DNA of 64,000 nt from Octopus vulgaris (GCA_951406725.2 OX597824.1:21142001-21206000); one strand, 5' to 3'. Numbered from the stretch's first letter, positions 25,939-38,844 are shown. Notes: generated by a model not told the origin, from the letters alone. Translations and numbers: made by a program.

Positions 25939-26864
25939 ATGGAACAAAAATGCAATAGAGGACAGATAGACGGCACAAAGGTGGACAAGAGAAGCAACAA
26001 TTAGGACAGGCAAAGAAGATGGGTCATTCTTGGCTTTCTTTCTTCAGTCAAGTACCAGAAGTCACAACCATTTCGGACAGTTACACTTGAGATGGTTCAA
26101 TCTGGTTGTCCCCCAAAAAGTCTAAGCGTCTAAGCTAAGAGCATTAGACCCCTTTGTAAGAAAGCTAGCGAATGTGTACAGCAAAAAAGAAAAAAACAAA
26201 CAAATAAACAAAAAAAACGGAGAATATGGTACTGAATTATGCATACAAACAACAAGAAATAACAATAGTCGACTTTCAACTGAGAACGATTCAAATTGAG
26301 CTGGCATGTATGGAGTAAAAGCCTAAAGGCTGGAGCATGGGAGATGGACACAAGACATGTTGATGACTGGCAGTCAGGCCAAGAAAGAAAGATCATGGCT
26401 GGCTGGACACTGGTTGCATGGAAAGAGAAGAAATGTGTAGGGGGCAGCGGGATTGAAGGATTGGAAAAAAAAAACAAATCAGAGACAAAGGGAAGGGTGC
26501 ATGGGAGATAAACGAGTGGGAAATTAGTGGGAGTTAAAGAAAGAGAGGGCCAAGAAATGTGAGAGAGAGGGAGCAAGAGATAAGAAGAAAAACGAGAGGG
26601 GGAATAAAAGATAGAGTAAGAGTCGTATACCATATTTGATGGCATAAAGGATACATAGGTATATTTGATGCGCTCTAATTTCAGCATTGCATTTTCAGGA
26701 GGGGGAAAAAAAACATTTTAAAGCATTAAAGCTTATAGGTGACCCAACTTCACAATTAGCACCCAAGATGATTTGCTTAGACATTTTTTTATCTGACAAA
26801 AAAAAGGGTTTGTCTTATAAGTAACCAAATGTGATATATATCAATGCAAACACACAAATATTAA

Positions 26865-27263
26865 TCTCTCTATATATAAAGCTGAAGTTGTCTGTGTGTG
26901 GCAGGTTTGGTAGCCTTCAACTAACACTATCTCCTCCGAGACCCTGCGGCGCAAGTTGACCAAAATTGAGAGTATGATAGAAGAAGGCTTGTTCTTCATT
27001 CTGTAGAAGAAAAAATTCAAATCAGACCATGTTAACACCAAAAATTATTTACATCAAAAAGGTGGGGTTTTTTCTATGAAAATCCCTATTTTTTACGATT
27101 TTTTGACTGCTGTGTCGCCATTTTTCGGTGTATTTCAACCAGAAAAATATTCACTTAAAGAGAATAACAAACTACATAATGCAAAATTTTTACTTTTCAA
27201 AAATTCCAATTTTAAAGGGTCGAAAAGAAAACAAACCCGAGCAATGCCGGGCGATACTGCTAG
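26865..27263 (+). mobile_element. Non-autonomous Helitron (~399 bp)
   Basis: A|TCTCTCTATATATAAAGCTG...CCCGAGCAATGCCGGG-CGATACTG-CTAG|T. Confidence 0.88.
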
Positions 27264-27379
27264 TTTTACCATATTGGTAGGATCATTTTACCAATACAAT
27301 AAAATAACCCACACATAGTGATTGTAATTCGCTGGTGGCTGGCTAGTTTGCTAATCAGTTTATCCGGAATTTTTCATCA

Positions 27380-28245
27380 CAACTGATGATAATGATGATG
27401 GTGATGGATGAAGATAATGAGGAGGATATATCTGCAGCTGCAAGTGACGATGATGATAATAATGATGATGGTGATGTTAGCCACACCTATCTTATCTCCA
27501 GTTATGGTGATGATGATGGTGCTGGTGGTGATGTGGACGGTGGTGATGAGGATGGTGATGATGCAGATGAGGATGAAGAGAGTGTCTCTACATCTGTCTT
27601 GCTAGACAGAAAAATACGAGTATACAAGTGCAATAGTACATTTAACGATAATGTGAATTGAAATTGTTATTATGATGAAAACACTGATGGAAATAATGCT
27701 GCTGCCGCTGATGATGATGATGATGAGGAGGAGGAGGAGGAGGAGGAGAAGGAGGCAATGACGATAATAATGATGATGGTGGTGTTGGTATTGATGGTGG
27801 TGGTGTGGACGTTAGCAGCAGCAGCTGCAGTTGTGGTGGTGGCTGTGATGGTGGTGGTTGTGGTGGTGGTGGCTGTGGTTGTGGTGGTGGTGGTTGTGGT
27901 GGTGGTGGCTGTGGTAGTGGTGGTGATGGCAGCTGTGGTGGTGATGATTGTGGTGGTGGTGGCTGTGGCGGTGGTGTTTGTGATGGTGATGGTTGTCGTG
28001 GTAGTAGTTGTGGCGGTGGTGGTGATGTTGGTGGTGTTTTCTTGTGGGTAGTGATGTTTGTGGTGGTGTTGGTGATAGTAGTGTTGGTGGTGACAGTGGA
28101 GTGGGAATGATGGCAGCAGCAGCAGCAGTGGCGGCTGTGGTGGTGGTGGTGATGGTATTGGTGGTGGTGGTAGTGGTGGTAGAGACAGTGGTGGAGCTGA
28201 TGACAGCTACACAGATGGTAAAAATAATGATGATAATGGCAATAG
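27380..28245. repeat. Degenerate (GAT/GGT)n trinucleotide repeat
   Basis: Direct reading. Confidence 0.9.
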
Positions 28246-28247
28246 CG

Positions 28248-28560
28248 TGGAGGCGCAATGGTCCAGTGGTTAGGGCAGTGGACTTGTGGTAGGAGGATCA
28301 CAGTTTCGATTCTCAGACCGGGCGTTGTGTGTGTTTATTGAGCGAAAACACCTAAAAGCTCTACGAGGCTCCAGCAGGGGGTGCTGGCGACCCCTGTTGT
28401 ACACTTTCACCCCAACTTTCTCTCACTGTCTCTTCCTGTTTCTTGAGTAATGCTGCGATGGACTGGCGTCCCATCCAGCTGGGGGGAACACATACGCCAC
28501 AGAGACCGGGAAACTGGGCCCATGAGCCTGGCTTGGCTCGAAAAGGGTGCATAAATAAAT
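28248..28560 (+). mobile_element. SINE family C, full length
   Basis: TGGAGGCGCAATGGTCCAGTGGTTAGGG head, body, tail GATGGACTGGCGTCCCATCCAG...CATAAATAAAT. Confidence 0.85.
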
Positions 28561-29892
28561 AATAATGGCAATAGTAACAAAACTATCCCTGTTTGTGATG
28601 GTGATTACGATGATGACAGCAATGATGACAACAATGGCAATGATGATAATGGTGATGCTTGTGAGGATTTCTTGAGCCAGATGCTAGTAAGACAGGAAGT
28701 AGATTCCCAGAAAGCCATGGTCTTTATCATTTCTTTATGGTTCTATCAGAGGAAGACAGAAATCTCACAGAATGAAGGCAGTGAGCTGGCAGAAGCGTTA
28801 GCAAGCCGGGCAGTACTTGCTGGGATTGAACCTGAAACCACATAGGTATGAAGCAAACGTCTTAATCTTGCAGTAATGCCTGTATCCGTGTGTGTATATG
28901 TGTGCATGTGTTCGTGTGTATGTGTATGTGTGTGTGTGTGGCGGGGTATGCACGTGTGTGTGTGTGTGTGTGTTTCTATTGTTCAAATAAATCCCGTTTT
29001 GCAGAGAATCAGATTAAAAAGTTAAAATAAAATATAAAAAAAAAAATAAACGTAATGGAAACAATAACAAAAAAAAAAGGTAAAGAGAGATAGTTAGAGG
29101 TAGAATGAAAATAGTGGGAGTAGGAGTGAGATAGAGAGGGGGAGATGGAAAGATATATATATATATAGAGAGAGAGAGGAGAAGGGAGAGGGGTGAAGAG
29201 GAAGAGACTGACAGAAAAGAAATCAGATGGACAAATAGATGGACAGACAGGTAAGTGGATAAAGAGGGATTAACGAGCAGGTAAATTGGCAGAGACAAGA
29301 CCCAAAAAAAGAAATAAAAAGAAAAAATAAAGGAATAAAAATGAAAGCATTATATGAAATAAAGAGAGAGAGAGGGAGGGAGGGAGAGAGGGGGAGAGAG
29401 AGACAGAGAAAGAGAGACAGAGAAAGAGGGACAGACAGAGATAGAGTGAGAGAGAGAGGAAGAGGGAGGGAGGGAGAGAGAGAGGAAGACAGAGAGAGAG
29501 GGACAGAGAGTGATAGAGAAAGAGAAAGAGGGAGAGAGAAAGAGAGACACAGAGAGAAAGAGAGGGACAGAGAGAGAGAGAGAAAGAGGGTGAGAGAGAG
29601 AGACAGACAGACAGACTGACAGACAGACAGACAGGCAGACAGAGATGGCCAGACAGACAGAAACTGGATTTAAAATAAGATTGGGAATTTGACGAAACGT
29701 GGCAATCGAATTTATCTGACAATCCAGAAATTGTTGCTTTGCCAACACAGAAGCCAATGTGGGAGTCATTATGCTGTCACTCGATCCAGCTAGAAATAGC
29801 AGCCAAATCTCAAATCACACCCTAGTTTCTTAGAAAAGAAAGCCTACAGTGGCTACTGTTGACCAAAATAAAAAAAGAAAGATGGGATGGTT

Positions 29893-30195
29893 ATAATAAT
29901 AATAATAATAATAATTGTGTACAGTGCTCAGGTGCACTACAACTCATCTAAAGTGTATATATAATCAGGTGTAGTTTTGGTGGATTTCGGAAAGCATGAG
30001 GGCCTTAAAGGATGCAGTGTCATGGCAGTCAACAACTGACGCAGGCAGTTTATTCCATGCTTCAGCAACTCTGAGCGTGAAGAAATGTTTCCGAAAGTCA
30101 TGGGAGCTGTGTTGTTTTCTGACTTTGTAGGCATGTCCACGTGTGTTAGACACATGGAGATCAAAAAGGTGTTCAGTGTTGTTGTTGGTGAGGTG
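29893..30195 (-). mobile_element. CR1-like LINE 3' end
   Basis: SNTRGHAYKVRKQHSSHDFRKHFFTLRVAEAWNKLP; (ATT)n tail. Confidence 0.85.
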
Positions 30196-30599
30196 AGGTG
30201 ATAACTAAAACTAGAACAATTGAAATATCATTGATCTGATTGATTGGATTGTCTAGTGTTGAGGGATATCCTGCAAGACAAATGGGAAAGTCTCTGTGTG
30301 GTTGCTTGGCATGCTAGAAATAGTAGTCAAATCTCATTCTTAAATCATATTCTGCTGTGTTAAAAATGGAAAGAGCATATTGAATAACTGAGTCCGAGAT
30401 AATTATAAAAAGTTGAGATGGTCTTGGCTGGAATGTCTGTGATCATATATTCACTCTTTGTTAACTTGGAACTAAGAACTTAGCTAGCTCCTTTAAGGAA
30501 ATATTGACAGCCACATCATTCATATTACCAAACATAGAAATCTAATGCCTTGGATTTACAAAAACTGAATTAAAAATAGATAATGTATGATATATATAA

Positions 30600-30892
30600 T
30601 ATAATGAAATTATTGTATACAGTGCTCAGGTGCACCACAACTTGTCAAAAGTGTGTGTAAAGCATATGCAGTAATGTACAAATGTCTGGAAAGTGATCAT
30701 TGTATGAGTCAGATACATGCTTGCGTGTTTATGGAGGGGAGAAAATCAGGTGTAGTGTTGGCGAATATCAGGAAGCATGGAAGTTTTGAAGGATGCAGTG
30801 CTCCGACAACTAACAACTAATGACGGCAGTTTGTTCCATGCTTCAGCAACTCTTAGCATGAAAAAATGTTTCCGAAAGTCATGGGAGCTGTT
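30600..30892 (-). mobile_element. CR1-like LINE 3' end
   Basis: SSHDFRKHFFMLRVAEAWNKLP plus a 3' UTR shared with the 42486 and 59095 copies. Confidence 0.85.
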
Positions 30893-31712
30893 GTCAAAAC
30901 CAGCCAGCAGAATGGTAGAATGGTCAAATCTACTGGTATATATAGCTGGTAGAATGGTAGACTGGTTAAAACTATTGGTAAAATTTAGTTGAAAGAATGT
31001 TATAATAGTCAAAAGCTCTGCTAGATTTAGCTGATAGAATGATAGAGTTGTCAAAGTTATAGATAGATATAGATGGCAGGCTGCTAAAACTCTTAAAACC
31101 ACTGATGAATTACTGGTAGAATTGTAGAATGGGCAAAATCACTGGTAGACGGTAGAATGATAAAAACATATTGATCAAAAGTACTGGTAGACTGGTCAGA
31201 ACTCATCATCATCATTGTTCGACCATGGTCGAAACAATGGAATTTACTGTATTACACCAGACTTCACGGTCCATCATAGCATTAAGGAGGTCCTGTTGCT
31301 GGATGCCTGTATCCCTGGAGATTACATCAGGGTAGGAGAGTGTGCGCCCTCTGGTATCGCGAGCAGATAACTTCCAGAGGAGAAGAGTAGAAATTACCTC
31401 TTTTTCAGCTCTGCAACAATGTCCTGCAAACTGGACTCTTCTACCTTTCACAAGAGATGATACAGGTGGTAATTTCCCATATATTTGTACTTTGGTTGGA
31501 TGACGCCTCCACGAGAGATTTTGAGCTCTCATAAGGAGGTCAGAACTACTAATAGATAGCTGGCAGAATGTAGAATTGTCAAAACCATGAGTAGATAATT
31601 GATAGAATAATGTAATAGTCAAAATCATTAAGAGCTGGTAAGGTGGTAGAATTGTAAAAATCCCTGCTTGATAGTTGAAAGGATGGTAAATGCTTAAAAC
31701 CACTGGTAAATA
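30893..31712. repeat. Degenerate ~30-bp minisatellite (CTGGTAGAATGGTAGAATGGTCAAAA-like), interrupted by a LINE
   Basis: Recurrent CTGGTAGA...GTCAAAA units on both sides of 31204-31537. Confidence 0.6.
31204..31537 (-). mobile_element. 5'-truncated RTE-like LINE (second family) with TSD
   Basis: LMRAQNLSWRRHPT...RRVQFAGHCCRA...MMDREVW; (TGA)n tail; 10-bp TSD GGTCAGAACT at 31194-31203 and 31538-31547. Confidence 0.85.
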
Positions 31713-32913
31713 ATTGGGTCACATCATCATCATCATCATCATCATTGTTTAACATCCGTTTTCTGTGCTAGCAGGGGTTGGACGGTTCGACCGGGGCCTG
31801 GGAAGCCAGGAAGTTGCACCAGGCTCCAGTCTGATATGGCAGTGTTTCTACAGCTGGATGCCCTTCCTAACGATAACCACTCTGTGAGTGTAGTGGGTGC
31901 TTTTTATGCGCCACCGGCACAGGTGCCAGGGGAGGCTGGCAGCGGCCACGATCGGTTGGTGCTTTTTATGTGCCACCGGCACAGAAGCACAGAAGCACCA
32001 CCTTGAAAAATTATTTTTAATAGACTGAATTGGCCCCAGTATTTCATTCTTTTGCTAAGCCTGGTACTTATTCTATCAGTCTCTTTTGCTGAACTGCTAA
32101 GTTATGGGGACATAAACACACCAACACCACTTGCCAAGCAGTGGTGGAGGACAAAACAGAGACAAAAACACACACACAGAGATTTGAACCATTAACCCCT
32201 ACACATTATTTTTTCTCTCTCCATTTTTTCCCTTCTCGTTCCATTTGACCCCTGCACTTATTTTTAAGCCTGAGACTTATTCAACTGATTTCCTCTGCAA
32301 AACTGCTACATTACATGGATGTAAACAAACCAATACCAGTTGTCAACTGATAAAGGAGGGACAAACACACACACACACACACATACACACACAGATATGA
32401 TGGGCTTCCAGTTTCCATCTACCAAATTCATTCACAGAGTACCGGTTGGCCTGGGGCTATAATAAAAGACTCTTGCCCAAGATGTTAGCCCTAGGTCAGT
32501 CGTGATTGAGTGGACTTATGATCAAAGTGACCACAGACATTCCACCTATGACCATCTTGTCTTAATTTTCCATATGTTACATATTTAGGACTACACTTTG
32601 CTGTTAAGACAATGTGTGTGTGTGTATGTATGTGTGTATGTGCATGTGTATGTATGTGCATATGTGTGTGTATGTATGTGTGTGTGTGTGTGTGAGTGTG
32701 TGTGTGTGTGTGTGTGTGTCTGTGTGTTTGTCTGTGTGTCTGTCTGTGTATTTTTGCGCTTGTGTGTCTGTGTCTGTATATGTGGAGCGGGACGATTTGA
32801 GTTAGATATGCCTGCTATTTCCAGCAAATCGAGCAACCACGTAGAGGCTTTCTCATATGGCTACTGCAAAATATGGGAAAGAAGGAAGAAGCATCAAATG
32901 CTGAGGCTGTACT

Positions 32914-32927
32914 GTTGCCATGGAAAC
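32914..32927. promoter_or_regulatory. RFX X-box consensus
   Basis: GTTGCCATGGAAAC matches GTTNCCATGGNAAC in non-repetitive sequence; function unproven. Confidence 0.35.
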
Positions 32928-33433
32928 CATACAAATGCATCTAATATTAAAATGCATATCTGTGTCAAGAACTGCATTGTTATTATACTCGCAGTAAAAG
33001 AAACCGTCCACTTGCATTATAATGTGCAGACACCCACTTACACATTTGTGTGCAGCCACCCACTTGCTCTTATTGTGTGCAGCCACCCACTTGCACTTTT
33101 CATGTGCAGCTGCCCACTCTGATGCATGTTAGGTGTTCTATTTGAAGGACAATTGTCAAAGTGTGCTGGTATTGTATTGTACTTTGGAATCTATGGAATG
33201 GTTAAAGCAACACACTTTGGCATTGCTTTGCTTAATGTCTTATGTGTGTGTGTGTGTGTGTGTGTATGAGTGTGTGTGTGAGTGTGTATGTGTGTGTGTA
33301 TATATGTACACAAACACACACATGCATATATATATATATATATACATACACACACATACTCACATATATGCATATAAATATAAATATGCACACATATATG
33401 TATTACACACACACACACACATGTATATATATG

Positions 33434-33528
<95 letters not shown>

Positions 33529-33782
33529 TATCATCAATTAACATCTGTTTTCCCTGCTGACATGGGTTGGGTATATATATATATATATACAGAGTGCACA
33601 CTGTATTTATATGAATAATACATAGTCTATTGACAAATTTTTTTCATGCTAAGCCATTGGTAAAAATTTTATTACCCTGATATTATTAATTGTATTTGTA
33701 TATATATATATATATATACATACATACATACATAATACATACATACATGCATACATATACACATACATACACATATATGTAC

Positions 33783-33859
<77 letters not shown>

Positions 33860-33984
33860 CACATATATATTAGAAAATTCAATGAATGAGAATAATAATA
33901 CATCTACACATTTTTTTATTGTCACAGTCATTGATGCAGTATATTTTATTTAAACCTCTGTTGTCCAACATATGTCCAACATAT

Positions 33985-34830
33985 GTAGGAGAAACATTTG
34001 GCTAAGAGTAAACCCCTATTGCTGGCATTTATTGACTTGGAGAAGATGTTTGACAGAGTATTATGTTCACTGATCTAGTGGCCACAAAGGAAACTTGGTG
34101 CAGTTGACCAGTTTGTGAGTGCTGCACAAGTGACGTATAAAGACAGCAGGTAAAGTGAGTGGTAAGTAGAGTACAGGTCAACAATAATTTTAGTAACAAA
34201 TTTAGCTTGTGGGTAGGAATCCCTCAAAGTTCAGTCCTCAGTCTCCTTCTGGTCATAACAATCCTACAGGTCAATATAGAGGAGAGAAAGACTACCTGTC
34301 CATGGGAGCTTACTATATATATTTCTTTATTGCCCACAAGGTGCTAAACATAGAGGGGACAAACAAGGCCAGACAAAGGGATTAAGTCGATTACATCGAC
34401 CCCCAGTGCATAACTGATACTTTATTTATCGACCCTGAAAGGATGAAAGGTAAAATCGGCCTTGGCGGAATTTGAACTCAGAACGTAACGGCAGACGAAC
34501 TACGTATTTCTTTACTACCCACAAAGTGCTAAACACAGAGAGGACAAACAAGGACAGACAAACAGATTAAATCGATTACATCGACCCCCAGTGTGTAACT
34601 GGTACTTAATTTATCGACCCCGAAAGGATGAAAGGCAAAGTCGAAATTTGAACTCGGAACGTAGCAGCAATACCGCTGAACATTTCGCCCGGTGTGCTAA
34701 TGTTTCTGCAAGCTCGCCGCCTTCTTGGGAGCTTACTATATACTGATAATCATGTTCTCATAGCTGAATCTATAGTAGAATTAGAGAGGAAATTCCTGAC
34801 AGGGAAGCTGAATCTAGAATCAAGAGATTT
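33985..34830 (+). mobile_element. Decayed RTE reverse-transcriptase fragment, split by a SINE
   Basis: LAFIDLEKMFDRV...VGIPQSSVLSLLL...CPWEL / YTDNHVLIAES (YADD-like). Confidence 0.8.
34320..34725 (-). mobile_element. SINE family A dimer with 17-bp TSD
   Basis: TSD TGGGAGCTTACTATATA at 34303-34319 and 34726-34742. Confidence 0.9.
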
Positions 34831-34865
34831 TTAACTCTTTGGTGTTCAGATTATCTTGTTAAATG

Positions 34866-35370
34866 TATTGTGTTGGGGCATAATTATTGCGGATTTTTTC
34901 AACAAATTTTATTCAACAAAAACAATAACAATATTGAACAATAATAAGTCTCTGAGCGAAGTGTGATTGTCACATGCTGATGATGAGTCAATACCCAGAA
35001 ACTCGAGTCCATGTGTATCATAGGTTGAAGATGGAAAGGATGGCTTCCCTTTCCAAATACTGATAGGGCACAGAAAGTGTGTCAATAGCCAGCTGGAGGA
35101 GGTGTCTTCCTGGGGCTACAAGCTACAGTTGCATCCATCTTTAGGGGTTAGCCACATTTAAGTGGCAAATATACTTCACAATATTTAACAAAACATCTTT
35201 AAATGACAGTCTTACCGTCTGCGAAGCAAATGGGAAGCAGTAATTGAAGTAGATGGTGAATATGCTCTGGAATAATTACTTAAAGATGTTTTTGTTACAT
35301 GTTGTTATTGTTTTTGTTGAATGAAATTTGTTGAAAGAAAAGCCACGATAATTATGCACCAACCCAATTA
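34866..35370. mobile_element. Mariner-type MITE, ~65-bp TIRs
   Basis: TA-TTGTGTTGGGGCATAATTATTGCGG...TCAACAAAAACAATAACA vs reverse complement TA-ATTGGGTTGGTGCATAATTATCGTGG...; resembles the MADE1/Hsmar1 TIR. Confidence 0.75.
34971..35015 (+). ncRNA. Minimal type I hammerhead ribozyme, canonical core
   Basis: Helix I CACATG/CATGTG; CTGATGA; helix II TGAGT-caat-ACCCA (one mismatch); GAAA; palindromic helix III ACTCGAGT; GUC triplet. Confidence 0.8.
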
Positions 35371-35556
35371 TGTATTTTTACTCAAAATGTTTTGGATTAA
35401 TCATGCATTATCTTATGGATTTGAGGTTTTGATAATGTTATTAATTATTTTTAAAATGTTAGTGTAGGCTAGGTGTGAGGGGTTAGATATGGCCAATTTG
35501 GATGTAAAACATTGATAATATTTTGGCCAGATGTGGCCAGTTTAATTGCTAATGAG

Positions 35557-35781
35557 TTAACCCTTTCATTACCAACCTGGCTGAAACCACTTCTGGCTCT
35601 GTAGTACAAATGTCTTGTTTTCATAAGTTCTGAATTAAAATCTTCCACCAAACCTTAGTCACAATTTATGTTCCTAACACTAGCTGAATGATAAGTTATT
35701 TTACTAAATTCTTTGTTATATTCAAAGTAATTGAAAGAAACTCGGAGCATCTCAACAGAAATATGGTAACAAAAGAATTAA
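35557..35781 (+). mobile_element. TTAA-flanked piggyBac-like MITE (family 2)
   Basis: TTAA-CCCTTTC...GTAACAAAAGAA-TTAA; second copy at 35926-36155. Confidence 0.75.
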
Positions 35782-35925
35782 GAAGAAAAATAATCAACAG
35801 AAGATATAAGGGAAGGAGGCCGCAATGTGGTCACTCTTTATGCTAGAAATAACAGCCTAAATTTCCTTCAATCCACACCCTTCCAACAGCTTCTAATGTG
35901 CATCTGCCCAAATGCAGAGGAGTGT

Positions 35926-36155
35926 TTAACCCTTTCGATACAAACCCGGCTGAAACTACCTTTGGGCTCTGTAGTGTAAATATCTTGTTTCCAAAAGTTC
36001 TGAATTAAAATCTTCCACCAAACCTTAGTCACAATCTATGTTCCTAACACTAACTGAATGATAACTAAGTTCTTTTACTAAATTCTTTGTTATATTTAAA
36101 ATGATTGAAGGAAACACAGAGCATCTCAACAGAAATACAGTAACAAAAGGGTTAA
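35926..36155 (+). mobile_element. TTAA-flanked piggyBac-like MITE (family 2)
   Basis: TTAA-CCCTTTCG...GTAACAAAAGGG-TTAA. Confidence 0.8.
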
Positions 36156-36656
36156 GGTAAGATTTTGTCTTCTGATGTTCTAAAATTTTCATTTATTTTT
36201 TGTGGGTCAGTGTTTCAGCCATTTACATATTTCTTTACTAGGTCACTATTTCATGGCTTTATTGTGTTGCCCTACTGAATGCTAAATCAGTGATAGTGAT
36301 GTGTATCAATGCACATGTTCACAATAGAATTAACATAAAAATAGGCTGGCATGGTGGTGTAATTAACATGTTTGCTTCTACAACATGTGATTTGGGATCA
36401 GAGTGTAAGTGTGTGGTGGTGTTGGAGGTGTTGGTGTTGGTGGTGGTGGTGGGGTGCTGAGCACCGCTTTTTTGTACCTTGGGTACAAAATCTTCTATTG
36501 TATCCCTTGGACAATGTGGTCTTATGAGTCAATTTGGTAGACAGAAATTGTATATAAAATCCATTGTGCACGTATGTGCACACACAGACCCCCACACACA
36601 TGCGTGCATGCATGCATGTACGTACATGTATATATACTCATTCGTTTATCCTTTTA

Positions 36657-37608
36657 CTAGCAGCATAGCCCGGCGTTGCCCGGGTATGTAAGAGCCCCTA
36701 GTAGGCAACGACTAATCCCAATCTAGTCCTTTCCCTCTAGGGAACGAAGGCGCATGTGTAGGTTGCAATGTCTTCTCTTCACTCGAATACTTCTGTGTAT
36801 ACGATGTTCCTAGCTGTCCCTTTGGGCGAAAACATGAAAACATCATTGCACCTCCCAACGCGTGAACAGCCCACGTAGAGTTGACCGTGGGCGAAGCACT
36901 GTTCGCCCAACTGTAACCCAGCGACTTGTAGCGTTTGGCCTTGGGATTTATTGATGGACATTGCGAAGCAGGGTTTAACAGGAAACTGAGAACGCCTGAA
37001 GTGGATTGGTAGGTCAGCGCCCGACGGTTGAAGGTGCATGCGTGGAATGAAGACGTCCTCTCCCTTCCCACAACCGGTAAGTATTGTGGCCGTTATTAAA
37101 TGTGGTGGCAAATGTTTCACAACCAGACGTGTGCCGTTGCACTGTTTAGGTGGAACCAAATTCCTGATGAGCATAATGGGCGCACCGACTTTTAACTTCA
37201 GGATGTGTGGCGGCAGGCCTGGCGGTTCAAGTGAATTCAGGAATTCAACAGGATAATCGGCAAGCTCAGCGGGGTCTGCTGTCCTATCAATAGATTTGTA
37301 GACGTGGACATCACCAGGAATAGCTTCAAGTAGCTGGATATTGATGGAGTTGAGAGTTAAAAAGGTCGAGTTGCGTCCCCTAGACAGTCTGTGGTTTGTG
37401 TTTCTGATTCTCGACCCCATGTCGAATTTATCAATTTTTTTCAGAACTGGGGAAACTTTTCAAAATTTTCGCGGCGTTAGTTTTGAATTATGACATTGGG
37501 CTATGTGTGTGTCAAGTTTCATCAGAATCGGTTGAAAGCCGTGGTCAGGGTGAGGGTACAACCTGACGGACACACAGACAGACAAACTGCTGTTTATATA
37601 TAGAGAGA
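36657..37608 (-). mobile_element. Helitron deletion derivative (~950 bp) carrying a helicase fragment
   Basis: 5' TCTCTCTATATATAAAC, 3' hairpin CCCGGGCAACGCCGGG then CTAG, A|T target. Confidence 0.9.
36779..37420 (-). pseudogene. Helitron PIF1-like (SF1B) helicase C-terminal fragment, uninterrupted ORF
   Basis: YPVEFLNSLEPPGLPPHILKLKVGAPIMLIRNL..CNGTRL..QFPVKPCFAMSINKSQGQT..FAHGQLYVGCSRV..ARNIVYTEV; Rep domain and N-terminal helicase motifs (including Walker A/B) absent. Confidence 0.92.
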
Positions 37609-37610
37609 TT

Positions 37611-37988
37611 TATTTCAGTCATTTGACAGCGGCCATGCTGGAGCACCGCCTTTAGTCAAACAAATCGACCCCAGGGCTTATTCTTTGTAAGAATAGTACT
37701 TATTCTATCAGACTCTTTTGCCGAACCACTAAGTTACAGGGATGTAAACACACCAACATCGGTTGTAAAGCAATGGTGGACAGACAAACACAGACACACA
37801 AATACATACATATATAAACATATATGATGAGCTTCTTTCAGTTTCCGTCTACCAAATCCACTCATAAGGCTTTGGTTGTCCCAAGGCTATAGAAGAAGAC
37901 ACTAGCCCAAGGTGCCACACAGTGGGACTGAACCTGGAACCATGTGGTTGGTAAGCAAACTTCTTACCACACAGCCACTCGTGCACCT
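37611..37988 (-). mobile_element. SINE family B
   Basis: Full reverse-complement copy. Confidence 0.85.
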
Positions 37989-37993
37989 ATATA

Positions 37994-38570
37994 CAGGTGT
38001 TGGACAAAATAATGGAAACACTTAGCATCATAGCATCATAATTTTGAAATATCTATAAAACCGTTAAAAGCTTGTTTATTTTCAAGGTTTTTTTTATTTA
38101 TTATTAGTGTTACTTAATATGTTTTGCTAAAATTGCTGTTTCTTTTCAGATATCATCAGAAAAAGTTATTTAAAATTCATTGAAAGGACATATCTATTGG
38201 ACTTTCAAATTGTTGGTGTTCGTAAGGCAAGCATGAGCGTAACGAAAACAGTCGAAATGTTTGGTGTATCAAGAAGTAGTCTCAAAAGTAATGACAGCCT
38301 TTGAGAAGAAGGGAAAAACCTCTTCGTTGAATCAAAACCCTGGAAGAAAACCAAAGCTTTCAGATAGGGACCGTTAGACTCTTATGCAAATTGTTAGAAA
38401 GGATCACAAAAGTACTGCTCCCTAAATTACTGCAGTGTTTAATGACCACCTCGAGAACCCAGTTTCCACAAAAACTGTTTGCCAGGAGCTGCACAAAGCT
38501 GCACTAAGCCAGATATTAAAATTAATTTATTTGAAATTTTAAGGTGTTTCCATTATTTTGTTCACCCCTG
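37994..38570 (+). mobile_element. Internally deleted Tc1-like transposon
   Basis: TIRs CAGGTGTTGGACAAAATAATGGAAACAC / GTGTTTCCATTATTTTGTTCACCCCTG; N-terminal HTH remnant ..EMFGVSRS..GRKPKLSDRD..IVRKDHKSTAPKI..VSTKTV. Confidence 0.85.
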
Positions 38571-38697
<127 letters not shown>

Positions 38698-38713
38698 CAA
38701 TTTATTCATCGCA

Positions 38714-38766
<53 letters not shown>

Positions 38767-38844
38767 TATATGTGTATGTATATATATGTATATATGTATG
38801 TACATATAATGTATATATTGGTGTATACACACACATATACATAC

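Larger units (their letters stand above)
34831..35560 (+). mobile_element. TTAA-flanked piggyBac-like MITE hosting a mariner MITE
   Basis: TTAA-CTCTTTGGTGTTCAGATTA...TTTAATTGCTAATGAG-TTAA; same family as 55608-56151. Confidence 0.65.

Noticed and set aside
36779-37420. Host PIF1 gene
   Set aside because: It is intronless, partial, and enclosed by Helitron termini
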